The notes: generated from the sequence alone by a model not told the origin. 64,000 nucleotides of DNA from Limnothrix sp. BL-A-16 (GCA_041937175.2 CP166615.1:1-64000), one strand, 5' to 3'. Shown: positions 22,213 through 31,950, counted from the stretch's first letter. A program made the numbers and translations.

Positions 22213-24660
22213 CTAGATAAACGCGCTTTGGGTGATGACGCTGGCGGTGACGTTCTGCAAAATGGCCAGCACCCCGCCATCCCGGAGCGCCAGTTGGGTG
22301 TTTGCGCCCTGTTGCGTAATCACCAGATCGCTGAACCGGACACCATCCGTCAGGGCCAGGCGATCGCTCCCCGAGGCCCCCAGCGTGAAATCCGTCACCA
22401 CATCCGGGGCCTGACCCGGGCCGTTGCGCCGCAGCACAAAGGTATCGTTCCCCGCGCCGCCGGTCAGCACATCCGTGGCCAAATCCCCCGCCAGCAAGTC
22501 ATTGCCATTGCCGCCCAACAGGGTGTCGTTGCCGCGTCCCCCAAACAAGCGATCGTCACCATCACCACCATTGAGCAAATCCGCGCCCTGATTGCCCGCC
22601 AGGAAATCTGCGCCCGCCGAACCGATCAGCGTGTCGTTACCGTTCATGCCCAACACACCCCCCGTACCCTCGATCGCTCCGGTGGCCAGGGTGTACGAAT
22701 CGTCCCGACTGCTGAGGGCAAAGAAGCTGGCCCGCAAGACCTCATCGGCCCGGCCAGACAGGTTTTGAATGCGGCGATCGCCCGCGATCGGGGTATCTGG
22801 TGCAGCGAACGTGCCCACTTCGCGCAGATAGTCTGCCAAGGCCTTTTGCTCGCTGCCCGTGGTGGTAAATGTGGACGTTGTGCCTGCGGGTACCAAGTCC
22901 ACTTGGTTATAGCGAGCTGCATTCTCCCGAGCAAACTTGGGGAAGGGGTAGTTGTCGCCGCCCGCTTCCTGGGTGCTGTTGCCTGCCAGGAAATTCAGCG
23001 TCACCACCCGAAACGTCCGATTGGCATCACCCACCACTTGCCCGTTGCGCACAATGAAATCGGTGATGTTGTCGTTTTCGTCGCGCAGGGCGATCGATTG
23101 CACCCGCTGGTTAACCGGCTTCGTGAGGTCAAAGCTGAAGGCCACGCCGCCCACCTGGGGAAACTGCCCTGGCGTGCGCCCCGGCCCCGAGCCGGCCACC
23201 CCATGCTCCAAAATTTCCTTCAGTTGGGTGGCTGTCAGCGTCACCAAACTTAGGGTGTTGTTAAAGCGCAGGGAGTTTTCGATATCAAGCTGGGAAATTT
23301 GTCCCGTTTGCTTGTTGGCCGCAGGGTTGGCGGGCACGGGCAAGCGCTCAACCTGGCCGCCCACTTGCCCACCGCCACCGGCGATCGCCCCGATCGCGTC
23401 GCGAATCCCACCACCGTTTTTAATCGAAATTACTGCGCTGGGATCGACCTTACGAGCCGCCGCCAAGTTCGCATCCGCCGTCAGGTTCCCCAGGTTGGTT
23501 TCTTGGGTGCGCACAAAGTCGCGGTTGCCTTCGAGGTAAACCGACGCGCGGCCAAACAAGTTGCCATCTTTGGCGTTAATCAGATTCCGCAGAGCTGTGG
23601 TGACCGCCGTAACCTGGGGACTCGGCTGGCCAGGATTGTTGGCCGTCAGGGCTTGCACACTGGCGCTATCGGTGGCATAGGCCCCATTCAGCGAGGGGTT
23701 GAGGCTGCTGGGAATTAACTTGCCTGCATCGTCAAAGTCTGCCACCAGGCGACCGACATAACGATAATTGGCAGCGGTGTTCAGGACGGCCACGGGCCCC
23801 GTGGGCGAAGTCTCAATGATTGGGTAAGCAAGACCAGAAGGCCGGGTATCGCCGGGGCGCAGTCGATCGCCCTCATCGGCCAACAGGGTGTGCGATCCAC
23901 CCGCAATCAGCACATCCACATCCCGCAGCCGTTTGGCCAGTTCGCGCTCAATTTCGAGCTGCTGCATGTGGGCCAACACCACCACCTTGTTGATCCCGGT
24001 GGCCGTCAGGGCATTCACGGCGGGTTGAATTTCCGCTGCCAAGGCATCCAATTCGGCGGCGCTGGGGGTGTTGCCAAAGCTGCCGGGCGTGATGCCCACG
24101 CCGGAACCCGGCGAAGAAATGCGGGCCAAGGTGGGGGTGGTGGCCCCGACGATGCCGATCCGCTCGCCACCAACGGTCAACACCACCGACTTGGCAATCT
24201 TGCCCGCGCGATCGTCGCTGGTGACGGTGGTGAAGTCCTGGCCATCGGGCACAACGTTATCGCGAAGGGCGCTGTCGTTGGCAAAGTTCAGGTTGGCACT
24301 CAGATAGGGAAACCTTGCTCCGGCATAGCCTTGGCCGGGCGTGAGCAAGGAGTCGATCGTGGAAGTGCCTTGGTCAAATTCATGGTTACCGAAAACAGAT
24401 GCCTGAATCCCAATGGCATTCAGGATGGCAATGTCAGCGCGGCCCACCCCTTCACGGCCTAAAACACTGCGGAGGGCCGTATCGCTCCCTGAAGAGAAGA
24501 AGGGGCCGGGGATGTAATTATCACCAGAGGACAGCGTGAGGGTGTTGGGAACGTCATCGCGCAGGGCATTGACTACCGTTGAGAACCCCACAGCATCATC
24601 CAGCGCAGGAATGCCAGCCTCAAAGTCTGAGCCGTGCAGAATTTGTAGCTTATAAACCAT
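22213..24660 (-). CDS. Metallophosphatase/5'-nucleotidase (cyanobacterial alkaline-phosphatase type) with C-terminal RTX Ca-binding repeats
   Basis: LQILHGSDFE, SSGDN, GNHEFD, GGSHT, ETNLGNLTADA and NGGGIR motifs; GGxGxD repeats. Confidence 0.9.
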   Translation of the reverse strand: MVYKLQILHGSDFEAGIPALDDAVGFSTVVNALRDDVPNTLTLSSGDNYIPGPFFSSGSDTALRSVLGREGVGRADIAILNAIGIQASVFGNHEFDQGTSTIDSLLTPGQGYAGARFPYLSANLNFANDSALRDNVVPDGQDFTTVTSDDRAGKIAKSVVLTVGGERIGIVGATTPTLARISSPGSGVGITPGSFGNTPSAAELDALAAEIQPAVNALTATGINKVVVLAHMQQLEIERELAKRLRDVDVLIAGGSHTLLADEGDRLRPGDTRPSGLAYPIIETSPTGPVAVLNTAANYRYVGRLVADFDDAGKLIPSSLNPSLNGAYATDSASVQALTANNPGQPSPQVTAVTTALRNLINAKDGNLFGRASVYLEGNRDFVRTQETNLGNLTADANLAAARKVDPSAVISIKNGGGIRDAIGAIAGGGGQVGGQVERLPVPANPAANKQTGQISQLDIENSLRFNNTLSLVTLTATQLKEILEHGVAGSGPGRTPGQFPQVGGVAFSFDLTKPVNQRVQSIALRDENDNITDFIVRNGQVVGDANRTFRVVTLNFLAGNSTQEAGGDNYPFPKFARENAARYNQVDLVPAGTTSTFTTTGSEQKALADYLREVGTFAAPDTPIAGDRRIQNLSGRADEVLRASFFALSSRDDSYTLATGAIEGTGGVLGMNGNDTLIGSAGADFLAGNQGADLLNGGDGDDRLFGGRGNDTLLGGNGNDLLAGDLATDVLTGGAGNDTFVLRRNGPGQAPDVVTDFTLGASGSDRLALTDGVRFSDLVITQQGANTQLALRDGGVLAILQNVTASVITQSAFI

Positions 24661-24726
24661 GATTTGCAACCCTTAACTTTGAGTTAACCGTGCTGGAAAT
24701 GACCCAGTGGGCACTCTTGCATAGCC

Positions 24727-24778
24727 AGGCTAAGACAATGATTGATTTGGGTTAAGATTTTGTTAGGATTCGGTTTCT
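24727..24778 (-). promoter_or_regulatory. Putative Pho box (SphR/PhoB site) and -10
   Basis: Minus strand AGAAACCG-AAT-CCTAACAA-AAT-CTTAACCC (11-bp period), 16 bp upstream of TAGCCT. Confidence 0.65.
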
Positions 24779-25142
24779 AATGAATTTTTTCTTGATGTTT
24801 TCTGATAAATAATTAAGCTCATAAATTCTATCTTTAAGCCAATTTTGGCAATTCAAGAAACCTTTGTTCATCACCAAATTATTATTGATATAATATCTTT
24901 TAAATAATATTTATTAGACATTTTTTGAAACGAGCAAATGTGCTCAAAAAATTAGATTTGCTATGGAAAATTATTCAAAAATCTGATTCTTTTGATAATT
25001 GACCTACTTCTTGACTGGGTTTCAATCAATGAACCAAGATCGCGTTTGCTTTGGTTGTAAAGTAAACGTGATTGCACTTAACAGCGAATACTAGTGATTA
25101 GAGCGGTAGTTGCGATCGGGTTCAAAGGATTGATCACAGGTC

Positions 25143-25841
25143 ATGCGGATTTTGGTGGTGGAGGATGACGATCGGATCTTGCAGCCCCTGGCGGAGGCCC
25201 TTCGCGATCGCCGCTACACCGTAGACCTGGCCAGCGACGGGCGATCGGGGCTGGAATTGGCCCAAGCCCTGGACTATGACTTGCTGATTTTGGATTGGAT
25301 GTTGCCCCAACTCAGCGGCGTAGAACTCTGTCGGCAACTGCGGGCCGCCGGGCAAACCGTGCCGATCGTGCTGCTGACCGGGCGAGACACCAGCCACGAC
25401 AAGGTGGATGGCCTCGATGCGGGGGCCGATGATTATGTCGTCAAGCCCTTTGACTTGTCGGAGTTTTTGGCGCGGGTGCGGGCCCTGTTGCGGCGGGGAA
25501 CCCTGGCCACCAATCCGGTGCTGAGTTGGGGCGCGTTGGAACTGGACCCGCGATCGTGCGAAGTCACCTACCGCCACCAGCCGATCGCCCTGTCACCGAA
25601 GGAATACGCCCTGTTGGAGCTGTTCTTGCGCCATCCGGGCCGCACGTTCGATCGCGCCAGCATTCTCGATAACCTGTGGAATTTTGACGAGCCACCCACC
25701 GAAGAAGCGATCACCGCTCACATTCGCCGCCTGCGCCAAAAACTGACCGAAGCGGGCGCACCCAAAACAGCAATTGAAACACGCTATGGCATGGGCTACC
25801 GACTTCATCCACAACTCCCGGAACTGGACGCGGGGCCCTAG
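25143..25841 (+). CDS. OmpR-family response regulator
   Basis: MRILVVEDD, LDWMLP, GADDYVVKPF motifs; winged helix IETRYGMGY. Confidence 0.95.
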   Translation: MRILVVEDDDRILQPLAEALRDRRYTVDLASDGRSGLELAQALDYDLLILDWMLPQLSGVELCRQLRAAGQTVPIVLLTGRDTSHDKVDGLDAGADDYVVKPFDLSEFLARVRALLRRGTLATNPVLSWGALELDPRSCEVTYRHQPIALSPKEYALLELFLRHPGRTFDRASILDNLWNFDEPPTEEAITAHIRRLRQKLTEAGAPKTAIETRYGMGYRLHPQLPELDAGP

Positions 25842-26054
25842 GGGATGTCTAAAAAGGCAAAATTGATACGCAGCTTGCCTGAGCGATCAATGCAGACAAG
25901 GGGCTTAAGCCCCTTGCCCCCACGACTATCTTCATCCACAACTGCCGGAACTGGACGCGGGGCCCTAGGGGATGTCTAAAAAGGCAAAATTGATATGCAG
26001 CTTGCCTGAGCGATCAATGCAGACAAGGGGCTTAAGCCCCTTGCCCCCACGACT
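25803..26054 (+). repeat. 127-bp tandem duplication (25803-25927 / 25930-26054) of the regulator 3' end and the left part of a family C MITE
   Basis: Two near-identical copies, each with the 20-bp palindrome (25897, 26024). Confidence 0.95.
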
Positions 26055-26093
26055 GCTGGCGCTCGGCAGTTGCTTCAAGACACTTTTCAGACG
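25968..26093. mobile_element. MITE-like element, family C, with decayed right end
   Basis: GGGGATGTCTAAAAAG ... CTTTTCAGAC; aligns with 57893-58168. Confidence 0.7.
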
Positions 26094-27708
26094 ATCGCGC
26101 TCTGGAGCTGCCCTGGCTGCCACCGAAGCCGCCCAGTTTCGGGCCCTGCGGCGGCGGTTGTTGTTGTCGTTTTTGGCAGTGATGACCGCAGTTGTGGGGC
26201 TGGGTTCGATCGTGGCGATCGAGTTTTTGATCTATAGCCTCTATCAGCAGGTCGATCGACAGCTTTTGGTATTGGCTCAAGCGGCCGGCCACAGTTTGGA
26301 AGCGATCGAGGAAGCCCACGAAGCGGAATTTGACGACGACGACGAACAAGATCGACAGCAAGCAAAGGAGCGCGAAAGCAGGGAGAAGAAAGCGCAAAAA
26401 GAGCAGGCAAAGCAAGCGAAAAAAGAGCGAGAAAGGGAACAAGAATCAGACGATGAAGACGAAGATAAAGACGAGTATGAAGATCAAGATGAGTATGAAG
26501 ATAAAGCAGATCAAAATCAGGCAAGAACCCTCAATAATGATCGCCCCAATGCTCCCAATTTCTTAGACGATCGCTTCTTTGAAAAACGGGAAGACTTGCG
26601 GCCGCGCCTGGATAACGATGGAGATTTGGATATTCCCTGGCAAAGTTTGCAGCAACTGGATCAGGGGGTGGAGTGGTTTGATGCGCGGGGGCAGTTGTTG
26701 GCTCGCCAAGGGCGGATGTTTCCCGCCTGGCCCCTGACCCCGATCGCCCAACCCCAGGGCGCGATCGCCCAAGATCAACAACTTCGCAGCCTGACCACGC
26801 CGTTCTATGACAGAGAAAAGCAGCCCCCCAGGCTTCGGGGCTATGTGCGGGTGACGGAATCGATCGACCCGATCAACAGCGCCATCCAGCAGCTTGCGAC
26901 GGGCCTGGCGATCGGCTCGGGCCTGGCGATCGGGCTGAGCACGATCGGGGGCCTGTGGTTGACGCGGCAATCCTTGCGGCCGATCGAGGCCAGCTTTCGG
27001 AAACTGCGGCAATTCACCGCCGATGCCTCCCATGAGTTGCGTGGGCCGCTGACGGCCATTCGCACCTCCGTGGAAGTGATGCAATCCCATCCTGAGCGGA
27101 TTGACCCGGCCGATGTGGCCAAGTTGGCAGCGATTCACAACGCCACCAGCCAGATGACCCAACTGGTGGAAGACCTGTTGCTGTTGGCGCGTCAGGACAC
27201 GCCCGGAGCCGCTGCCCACCCGCTCCAATCGATCGACCTGCCGGAGTTGCTGGAATCCTTGATCGAAACCTACGCCGATCGGGCCGCCGTGCAGCAAATC
27301 GAACTGACCAGCGAACTACCGCCCGCCAGCGTTTTGGGTGAGCCGCTGTTGCTGTGGCGGCTGTTTGGCAACTTGCTAGACAACGCCCTCAAATACACCC
27401 CAGCGGGCGGCCGGGTGCGGGTGGTGATTCTCCCGATCGGGCGCGATCGCCAAGTGCGGGTGGAAATTCACGACACGGGCATCGGCATCGCCCCGGCGGA
27501 CTTGCCCCAGGTGTTCGATCGACTCTGGCGGGCCGATCAGGTGCGATCGCACTGGGAAGGCGGCTCGGGGCTGGGCCTGTCGATCGCCCAGGCGATCGCC
27601 CGATCGCACCAGGGCCAAATCACCGTTCACAGCCAACTCAACCAAGGCAGTTGCTTCATCGTCACCTTGCCGGTTGTTGCACCGAGCAGCAACGCCTCCA
27701 CCCCGTGA
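25972..27708 (+). CDS. Sensor histidine kinase (2 TM, HisKA, HATPase) with a highly charged insert; start uncertain
   Basis: FTADASHELRGPL, NLLDNALKY, DTGIGI and GSGLGLSIA motifs. Confidence 0.92.
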   Translation: MSKKAKLICSLPERSMQTRGLSPLPPRLLALGSCFKTLFRRSRSGAALAATEAAQFRALRRRLLLSFLAVMTAVVGLGSIVAIEFLIYSLYQQVDRQLLVLAQAAGHSLEAIEEAHEAEFDDDDEQDRQQAKERESREKKAQKEQAKQAKKEREREQESDDEDEDKDEYEDQDEYEDKADQNQARTLNNDRPNAPNFLDDRFFEKREDLRPRLDNDGDLDIPWQSLQQLDQGVEWFDARGQLLARQGRMFPAWPLTPIAQPQGAIAQDQQLRSLTTPFYDREKQPPRLRGYVRVTESIDPINSAIQQLATGLAIGSGLAIGLSTIGGLWLTRQSLRPIEASFRKLRQFTADASHELRGPLTAIRTSVEVMQSHPERIDPADVAKLAAIHNATSQMTQLVEDLLLLARQDTPGAAAHPLQSIDLPELLESLIETYADRAAVQQIELTSELPPASVLGEPLLLWRLFGNLLDNALKYTPAGGRVRVVILPIGRDRQVRVEIHDTGIGIAPADLPQVFDRLWRADQVRSHWEGGSGLGLSIAQAIARSHQGQITVHSQLNQGSCFIVTLPVVAPSSNASTP

Positions 27709-27775
27709 GTGAATGCTTGAAACGGGCCGATCGTGCCTTGTCGAAGACCGATCCAATTCACCGATCGCGGCGGGT

Positions 27776-27841
27776 GGGACAAGGGGTTTGGGACAAGGGG
27801 TTTGGGACAAGGGGTTTGGGACAAGGGGTTTAAACCCCTTG
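27776..27841. repeat. (GGGACAAGGGGTTT)x4 ending in the palindrome CAAGGGGTTTAAACCCCTTG
   Basis: Read directly from the sequence. Confidence 0.95.
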
Positions 27842-27964
27842 CCTGGGTTGATCGGTGAAGTCATTGAATCCGTTGGGGCTGTTCAAAATATTCGCCACCC
27901 AAAGCCGATCGCCGTTGTGTGAACCCAGTGGACAGATTTTCAAGCGGTCGCTGGATGGTTCATC

Positions 27965-27996
27965 GTCATTTTTTTGTCATTTTTCCTACCTAGTCT
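27965..27996 (+). promoter_or_regulatory. Putative OmpR-type site GTCAT-N6-GTCAT, N10, -10 TAGTCT
   Basis: Same geometry as 28618-28649. Confidence 0.65.
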
Positions 27997-28062
27997 GAAA
28001 GGGGCAATGCTTCAGCAACTTCAGCCCCCAAAGGGGTTTGTCATTTTTGAAATTCCTTGAGC

Positions 28063-28575
28063 ATGGTGATGAATAACCTCAAACAACTCCAGTTTTTTGC
28101 CGTTGGTGCGCTCACAACCTTGATGGTTTTGCCAGAAGCGGCCCTAGCTCGATCGCTGGCGGAATCTTCCATGGATCAGTTGCAATCATCCAAAAATTCA
28201 GCCATCAGTCAACGGTCTACTGAGCGCTTAAACCGTTGGCAAGATCGAGCTAAAGATGATGACGATGACGACTGGGATGATGACGATGATGATGAACCCA
28301 TCATTCGCATTTCGGGCCGGGTGATTCGTTTTGGTGAGCGAGACGAAAATGAGTGGATTGTGGAAGCCAATGGCCGGCGATATCGCGTGGATGCGGGGCC
28401 CCGTTGGTGGCGCAACTTGCCTGTTTCTGTGGGCGATCAGCTCACCGTTGAAGGGGAGTTGGATGATGGCGAATTGGATGCATTTTGGGTGCAATTAGCC
28501 AACGGAGAAACGGTGCAATTACGAGGGCGATCGGGCCCGCCGCCTTGGTCAGGTGGTCGCCGTCGATCGCGCTAA
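28063..28575 (+). CDS. Secreted OB-fold-like protein with a poly-Asp tract
   Basis: Signal peptide (AALA); ISGRV...VDAGPRWW...VGDQLTVEGELDDGELDAF. Confidence 0.7.
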   Translation: MVMNNLKQLQFFAVGALTTLMVLPEAALARSLAESSMDQLQSSKNSAISQRSTERLNRWQDRAKDDDDDDWDDDDDDEPIIRISGRVIRFGERDENEWIVEANGRRYRVDAGPRWWRNLPVSVGDQLTVEGELDDGELDAFWVQLANGETVQLRGRSGPPPWSGGRRRSR

Positions 28576-28617
28576 TAACCTTCTTCAAGAGAGACCCACA
28601 ATCCCAACTCTGCGGTT

Positions 28618-28649
28618 GTCATGAGTTTGTCATTTTTGTTGGTTACGGT
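28618..28649 (+). promoter_or_regulatory. Putative OmpR-type site GTCAT-N6-GTCAT, N10, -10 TACGGT
   Basis: Same geometry as 27965-27996. Confidence 0.65.
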
Positions 28650-28720
28650 TTAGGCGATCGCTGACAACGCGAGTTTTGCAGTCCCGATCGCCCGACCGCT
28701 ATCTCTCTTGGAGAATGTTC

Positions 28721-29191
28721 ATGTCCTTGCTTCCCTTGGCGCGCTCATCTTCTGCACCGGCAAGAGTCCTGACCCGGGGGCGTTTGGCCCTGGCTTTGGT
28801 TGCTGCCCTCAGCATTGTGGCCAGCGCCGGTTGCAGTTCCCAAACTACGGCTAGCTCAGCTCCTGCGGCCAGCCCGGTGGAGCAACCCGCCGCCAGCCCC
28901 GTTGTGAGTCCGGCGGCCGGCGGTGACCTCAGCGCATTGACCGCCGTGGTGACCAAAACTCGGGCGGCGGTGGAAGCGGGAGACGAAGCCAAAGCCAAAA
29001 CAGAATTTGAGCAATTTGAAGCCGCTTGGAAACCCGTTGAAGATGGGATTAAGGAAAAAAATCCCAAGGCCTATGAGGCGATCGAGGAAGCCATGGACGG
29101 TGTGATCGGGCAACTGAGCGGCAATTTGGATAAGGCCAAAGCTCTGGCCGCTCTCAGCAGTTTGGAAGGGGCGATCGGGCAGGCAAAGTAG
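28721..29191 (+). CDS. Lipoprotein with a helical-bundle domain (DUF4363-like)
   Basis: Lipobox SAGC, Ala/Pro linker, FEQFEAAWKPVEDGIKEK. GGAG RBS. Confidence 0.7.
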   Translation: MSLLPLARSSSAPARVLTRGRLALALVAALSIVASAGCSSQTTASSAPAASPVEQPAASPVVSPAAGGDLSALTAVVTKTRAAVEAGDEAKAKTEFEQFEAAWKPVEDGIKEKNPKAYEAIEEAMDGVIGQLSGNLDKAKALAALSSLEGAIGQAK

Positions 29192-29285
29192 GGAAATATC
29201 AGCCGATTTTTCGATGTCCCTTGCTTGTTTTGTTGCTTGCTAATCCTGCCGGAACCGATCGCGTGACTTGCTGGTAGCACGGCTG

Positions 29286-29389
29286 CCTTAATGGATTGGG
29301 TCAAAGTTGCAGAGCCAGTCGTAGTAACAAGGGGCTTAAGCCCCTTGCTGCCTAGCGATTTGGTAACGGCAACAGTCATTTAACTCGAC
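29286..29389. mobile_element. MITE-like element, family B, copy 2
   Basis: CCTTAATGGATTGGGTCAAAGTTGC...; palindrome 29328-29347; aligns with 12884-12999. Confidence 0.7.
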
Positions 29390-29457
29390 CTATGAAAATA
29401 AGCTTGCCACGCCACTAGGTTCAGGCATTTTCTTTATTTCTGGAGGCTCGATCGCCC

Positions 29458-29760
29458 ATGTTTAAAAATTTTCAGACGTTCCAGAAATACCAACGCAAAT
29501 ATCATCGATTTCTGGCTCCGATTTTGCTGTTGCCTCTGACCCTAACGGTGATTACGGGTATGTTGGCGACTTTGGTGGAAGAATGGCATTTGCCAGGACT
29601 TAAACGCAGTCTCTTGATGGATATTCACACGGGTGAAATTTTTCATCTGGAAGCGATTTATCCGCTCTTAGATGGTTTGGGCCTGTTGGCTTTGATCCTG
29701 ACGGGGCTGTCGATGTTGGGATGGTTTAAACCAAAGCACAGCCCAAAGCCGTTGGAATAG
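29458..29760 (+). CDS. Small PepSY-TM-like membrane protein
   Basis: RKYHR...LPLTLTVITG...LMDIHTG; two TM segments. Confidence 0.72.
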   Translation: MFKNFQTFQKYQRKYHRFLAPILLLPLTLTVITGMLATLVEEWHLPGLKRSLLMDIHTGEIFHLEAIYPLLDGLGLLALILTGLSMLGWFKPKHSPKPLE

Positions 29761-29812
29761 GTCTATGGATCGTCGGGTTGCTTCTTGTATCAGCACCCAT
29801 CACTTGCAATTT

Positions 29813-30487
29813 ATGACCGATCGCTCTCCTCAACAGCTTCCTAGCCTCAACCTAGATCACCTGCTGAATCGTCGATTTCACGGCACACCCTGGCAAGCTT
29901 TTTGGCAGGAATTTTTGGGCAATAGTGGCCATTTTCTGATCCTGAAAATTTTGTCAGATATTGCCAAAGATGGCTGGTATGCCTCTATCAATGACGTTGC
30001 AGATTGGTCTTTGATTGGGGCTTTTACTGGGCAATCTTGGTTTCTCAGTCAACGAAAAATTCATCCGTTTTGGGGCAATTTAATTGGCCCTAGTTGCTAC
30101 ACGTTGGTTGATTTGCCGTTGAATGGTTGGGAATTTTTTGAAAATCCCAGTCATTGGATGCTTTGGGGTTTTCGTTCATTGGTGGCCGTTGCCCAGGCAC
30201 TCAGGTTGGCCTGGAAGCCCGCTTTAACCCGATATTTATTGCCCTTGGAAAGCATTGCCCGCACGGTGATGGTGTGGGTTGCCTATTTGATTACGACGGC
30301 GGCGTTGCACCAAGAGCCGGTAACGTTGACTTATATTCAAATCTTTTGTGCAGGCGCAAGCCACGAGTTTTGATTTTCGGCGTTGGTGTTTTTGGGGGTG
30401 TTGTTGGGGTTGCAATCGCTGCAACTGACGCAGCAACAGCAGCAAACCCAAGAAACTGCGGCCATTTTGCGTAATTTGGCCCAATAG
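29813..30487 (+). pseudogene. Disrupted multi-TM membrane protein gene (in-frame TGA 30371-30373; truncated at TAG 30485-30487)
   Basis: The same frame continues past the TGA into another TM helix and a coiled-coil (FSALVFLGVLLGLQ...QETAAILRNLAQ). Confidence 0.6.
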
Positions 30488-30513
30488 GGTGATCGGAGCC
30501 AGGCGGTGATTCC

Positions 30514-31761
30514 CTAGGTTCGAGGGCGAAACAGGGCAAAAACCGAGGTGTAACCGTGAATAAAAGTTGTGCCACCCACGGGGCCAATTTCACCGTTGCA
30601 GAAAAAGCCCGCCACCGGCATCAGACCCAGATATTTTTGCAACAGGCAGGAGTCAAAGTTGGCTTTGTTATACAGCCCTTGGCCACGGCCCACGCAGGCA
30701 AACATCAAGGCCCCGATCGGGTCGGGCTGTTCCGAAGGGCGATCGCGCAAATATCGTTCCAACAGGGCGCGGAGGTCTTCGGCGGAGGTGTCCGCATCTC
30801 GCAGATGAAACTGAATCCGCTGGCCCCGGCGGATTCGATCGCCGATCGCGATCGCGCCGCCGCTGGGATCCACCCCCAACAGGTTGCGAATCAGGAAATC
30901 ACCGGGTTCCAGGGTTTGGCGAAAGGCATCGCGGGCCAAACCCACAAAGAGAGAATATTGCGCCAGTTCGCGATCTTTGTCGCTGAGTTCTTCAATCAGT
31001 TGCCGCAGGGCCTTGAGGGGCGCTTGGGGTTTGTCGGCGATCGTGTCTGGGTCTAACTGAATCGACACTTGCATCACGATGTTGCGTTCGCATTCCGTGA
31101 CCCATAGGGGCTGACCGATCGGGCGGCAACCCTGGGCCACAATTGGCTCAATCACCACATCGCCGCTGAGGGCCACCCCCACCGCGCCCGATCGATAGGC
31201 CTGATAGTCCACAAAGAGTTGCTTGCTTTCCCGAAAGGAGTCCCCGCTGGCCAAGCCGCCGACGGTCACGGAGCCAGGATAGGCATAGTCCAGCCCTTGC
31301 AGCAGGTCGTTCATTTGCACCAACCCCGGATCCGCAAAGACCAAAAAGCTGGGGTTCATCGTGGGATCCGCCCCGATCGCCTCAATCCAGGGTTGGGGTG
31401 GCCCGTCCAAATCGGGCAGGGCCTCGCGATCGATGTGAAAAGTTTGGATGGTGACGTTGGGTAACCGCGCGGCCATCACACAGAGGGCCGGATCGTCTTC
31501 CACCTCTTCCACCTGTTGCGAATCCAGGTTGCCCACAACGCCGCTGCCCCCACAGCCCACCATGGCCCGAGCAGGCAGGCGATCGCGCAGCAGGGGCATC
31601 AGCCGCATATATTCGCTGCTGAAGGCCGATGAGATGAAAACCAGCAACAAATCTGGCGGTTGCCCCAAAGTGGCCAAAACACGCTGGCTGACCTCATCAA
31701 TGGCCGCTTCTAGGGATGGTTGCTTGGAAACGGCGCTGACCCATTTCATTTGGTCACTCAT
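30514..31761 (-). CDS. FIST N/C domain protein
   Basis: GGLAS, VAQGCRPIG, QFHLRD, FACVGRG, GFFCNGEIGP and HGYT motifs. Confidence 0.92.
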   Translation of the reverse strand: MSDQMKWVSAVSKQPSLEAAIDEVSQRVLATLGQPPDLLLVFISSAFSSEYMRLMPLLRDRLPARAMVGCGGSGVVGNLDSQQVEEVEDDPALCVMAARLPNVTIQTFHIDREALPDLDGPPQPWIEAIGADPTMNPSFLVFADPGLVQMNDLLQGLDYAYPGSVTVGGLASGDSFRESKQLFVDYQAYRSGAVGVALSGDVVIEPIVAQGCRPIGQPLWVTECERNIVMQVSIQLDPDTIADKPQAPLKALRQLIEELSDKDRELAQYSLFVGLARDAFRQTLEPGDFLIRNLLGVDPSGGAIAIGDRIRRGQRIQFHLRDADTSAEDLRALLERYLRDRPSEQPDPIGALMFACVGRGQGLYNKANFDSCLLQKYLGLMPVAGFFCNGEIGPVGGTTFIHGYTSVFALFRPRT

Positions 31762-31950
31762 GGGGGTAGTCCTCCTGCGGGCGCGGGGCGATCGCTCGGA
31801 TCAAGTCGGATCAAGATCCTAACCCGGGAGCCTCTGGCCAAGGGCGATCGTGCAGCGAACTGTTGCAAACAGGACTTTCGCCAAGGAACGGAAGGTTTGT
31901 GGCCAGCAAACCTCAAGCGGTTGATTAACCCATTGAAGAGTCGTTCGGAT

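Noticed and set aside
25803..26054. Possible CRISPR array here, at 34104-34247 or at 27776-27841
   Set aside because: Only two copies, or no unique spacers; no cas genes. Explained by tandem duplication.
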